Shown here: positions 63,413 through 64,000 of the stretch, piece after piece | Layout: every line of letters begins with the position of its first letter | Position numbering within the stretch: position 1 is the first letter of the stretch | From: a virus | Lineage: Duplodnaviria > Caudoviricetes | DNA: 64,000 nt | Strand: one strand, 5' to 3' | IMG/VR virus record: IMGVR_UViG_2840054979_000001 | Location: 1 to 64,000 of that record | Notes under the pieces: model-generated | What the model was told of the DNA's origin: nothing | The model's database searches: none | The model's input: only the letters and a program-made list of their open reading frames with translations | Program-made: the position numbers and the translations under genes

Positions 63413-64000
63413 TGGTCGACCTCGGCGTCGAGGCGCCGTCGTCGCTGAACGTCACCGAGATGACCGACTGGCTCGACACGGTGGCTGCCAAGCTGGCCGC
63501 CGCGGTGTCCGATGTGATGGGCGACATGGTCAACGAGGCGTTCAACGCGGCCGCGGCGTCGCCGGTAGCGACCGCTGCGTCGGTGTCGGCGGTGTCGTCG
63601 AGTTGGTCGACCTACGTCACGTCGAATCTGGCTCCGACGCTCGCCGTGCTGTTCTCGCAGGCCGGCCAGATCGGCTTCGGTCGCATCGACACGCCACTCG
63701 TCGACGTGTGGGGCATCGAGTTGGGCCGCCTGGGGCTCGTGCACGCCGACCAGCGCGCCGTACTGCTGAACAGGATCGGCAGGGACATGTCGGCCCTGGT
63801 GCGTGCACAGACCGCCGGCTACGGCAGCCTCGACCTGGGCGTCGAAGTCCCGGGCGGAGCGGTCGAGGCGATTCACCGGTTCGCCCGCACCCGCGGCGAG
63901 TCGGTCGGCTGGATGGAGGCGTACACGGCGGGCAGCCGCGGTGTGATCACCGGCCAACGAGTCATGGGCCCGGCCGGCGCGGTCGAGAAGGAATGGATCG
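63412..64000 (+). CDS. MuF-like / minor head protein (truncated by window end)
   Basis: ATG overlaps the portal stop; open to the window end, ending ...GAVEKEWI. Confidence 0.6.
   Translation, partial: MVDLGVEAPSSLNVTEMTDWLDTVAAKLAAAVSDVMGDMVNEAFNAAAASPVATAASVSAVSSSWSTYVTSNLAPTLAVLFSQAGQIGFGRIDTPLVDVWGIELGRLGLVHADQRAVLLNRIGRDMSALVRAQTAGYGSLDLGVEVPGGAVEAIHRFARTRGESVGWMEAYTAGSRGVITGQRVMGPAGAVEKEWI

Larger units (their letters stand above)
1..64000. mobile_element. Temperate tailed phage/prophage genome segment (probably actinobacterial host)
   Basis: Integrase, divergent repressor/Cro, replication initiator, terminase subunits, portal and MuF-like gene; dense, mostly + strand small ORFs with overlapping stop/start codons; no host housekeeping context in the window. 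Confidence 0.95.

Noticed and set aside
1-64000. Retron, DGR or IS element
   Set aside because: No reverse transcriptase (YxDD) or transposase ORF recognised; no TR/VR pair with adenine-specific differences seen.

Overview
High-GC, gene-dense 64 kb segment of a temperate tailed phage or prophage, most likely of an actinobacterial host (inferred from GC content, leaderless promoters, and DUF1360 next to the portal). Gene order: tyrosine integrase, repressor/Cro switch, and early replication genes (HNH, DUF2303, VRR-NUC, an HTH initiator with internal iterons, DHH phosphoesterase, PD-(D/E)XK nuclease, helicase loader). Next is a ~12 kb block (12.5-24.9 kb) in which three ParB-domain genes and a GREB1/TAGT-like glycosyltransferase are interleaved with a nucleotide-amino-sugar pathway (4,6-dehydratase, DegT aminotransferase, WbqC, FemAB/GNAT, PIG-L deacetylase, two SAM methyltransferases); this block runs directly into terS-terL. 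About 36 kb of accessory genes follow (beta clamp, HARP-like SNF2 helicase, C5 methyltransferase, J-domain plus AAA ATPase, RtcB, 2OG-Fe(II)-like oxygenase), then the portal and the start of a MuF-like head gene. The best candidate for a new system is the packaging-linked sugar-modification locus, which shares a palindromic operator (GCATCATGATGC) with the portal operon. Four dispersed cis-element families were read from the sequence: (1) that operator; (2) 12 covarying hairpins with an (A)AGGGAAG loop just upstream of a GAAAGGAACC ribosome-binding site; (3) SigA-type promoters overlapped by an ACTGTAG-N9-CTACAGT inverted repeat; (4) TGTCACCCC-type leaderless promoters with PafBC-like spacing, two of which precede hairpin-dense non-coding regions. 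All protein calls come from motif recognition by eye; no database searches were run.
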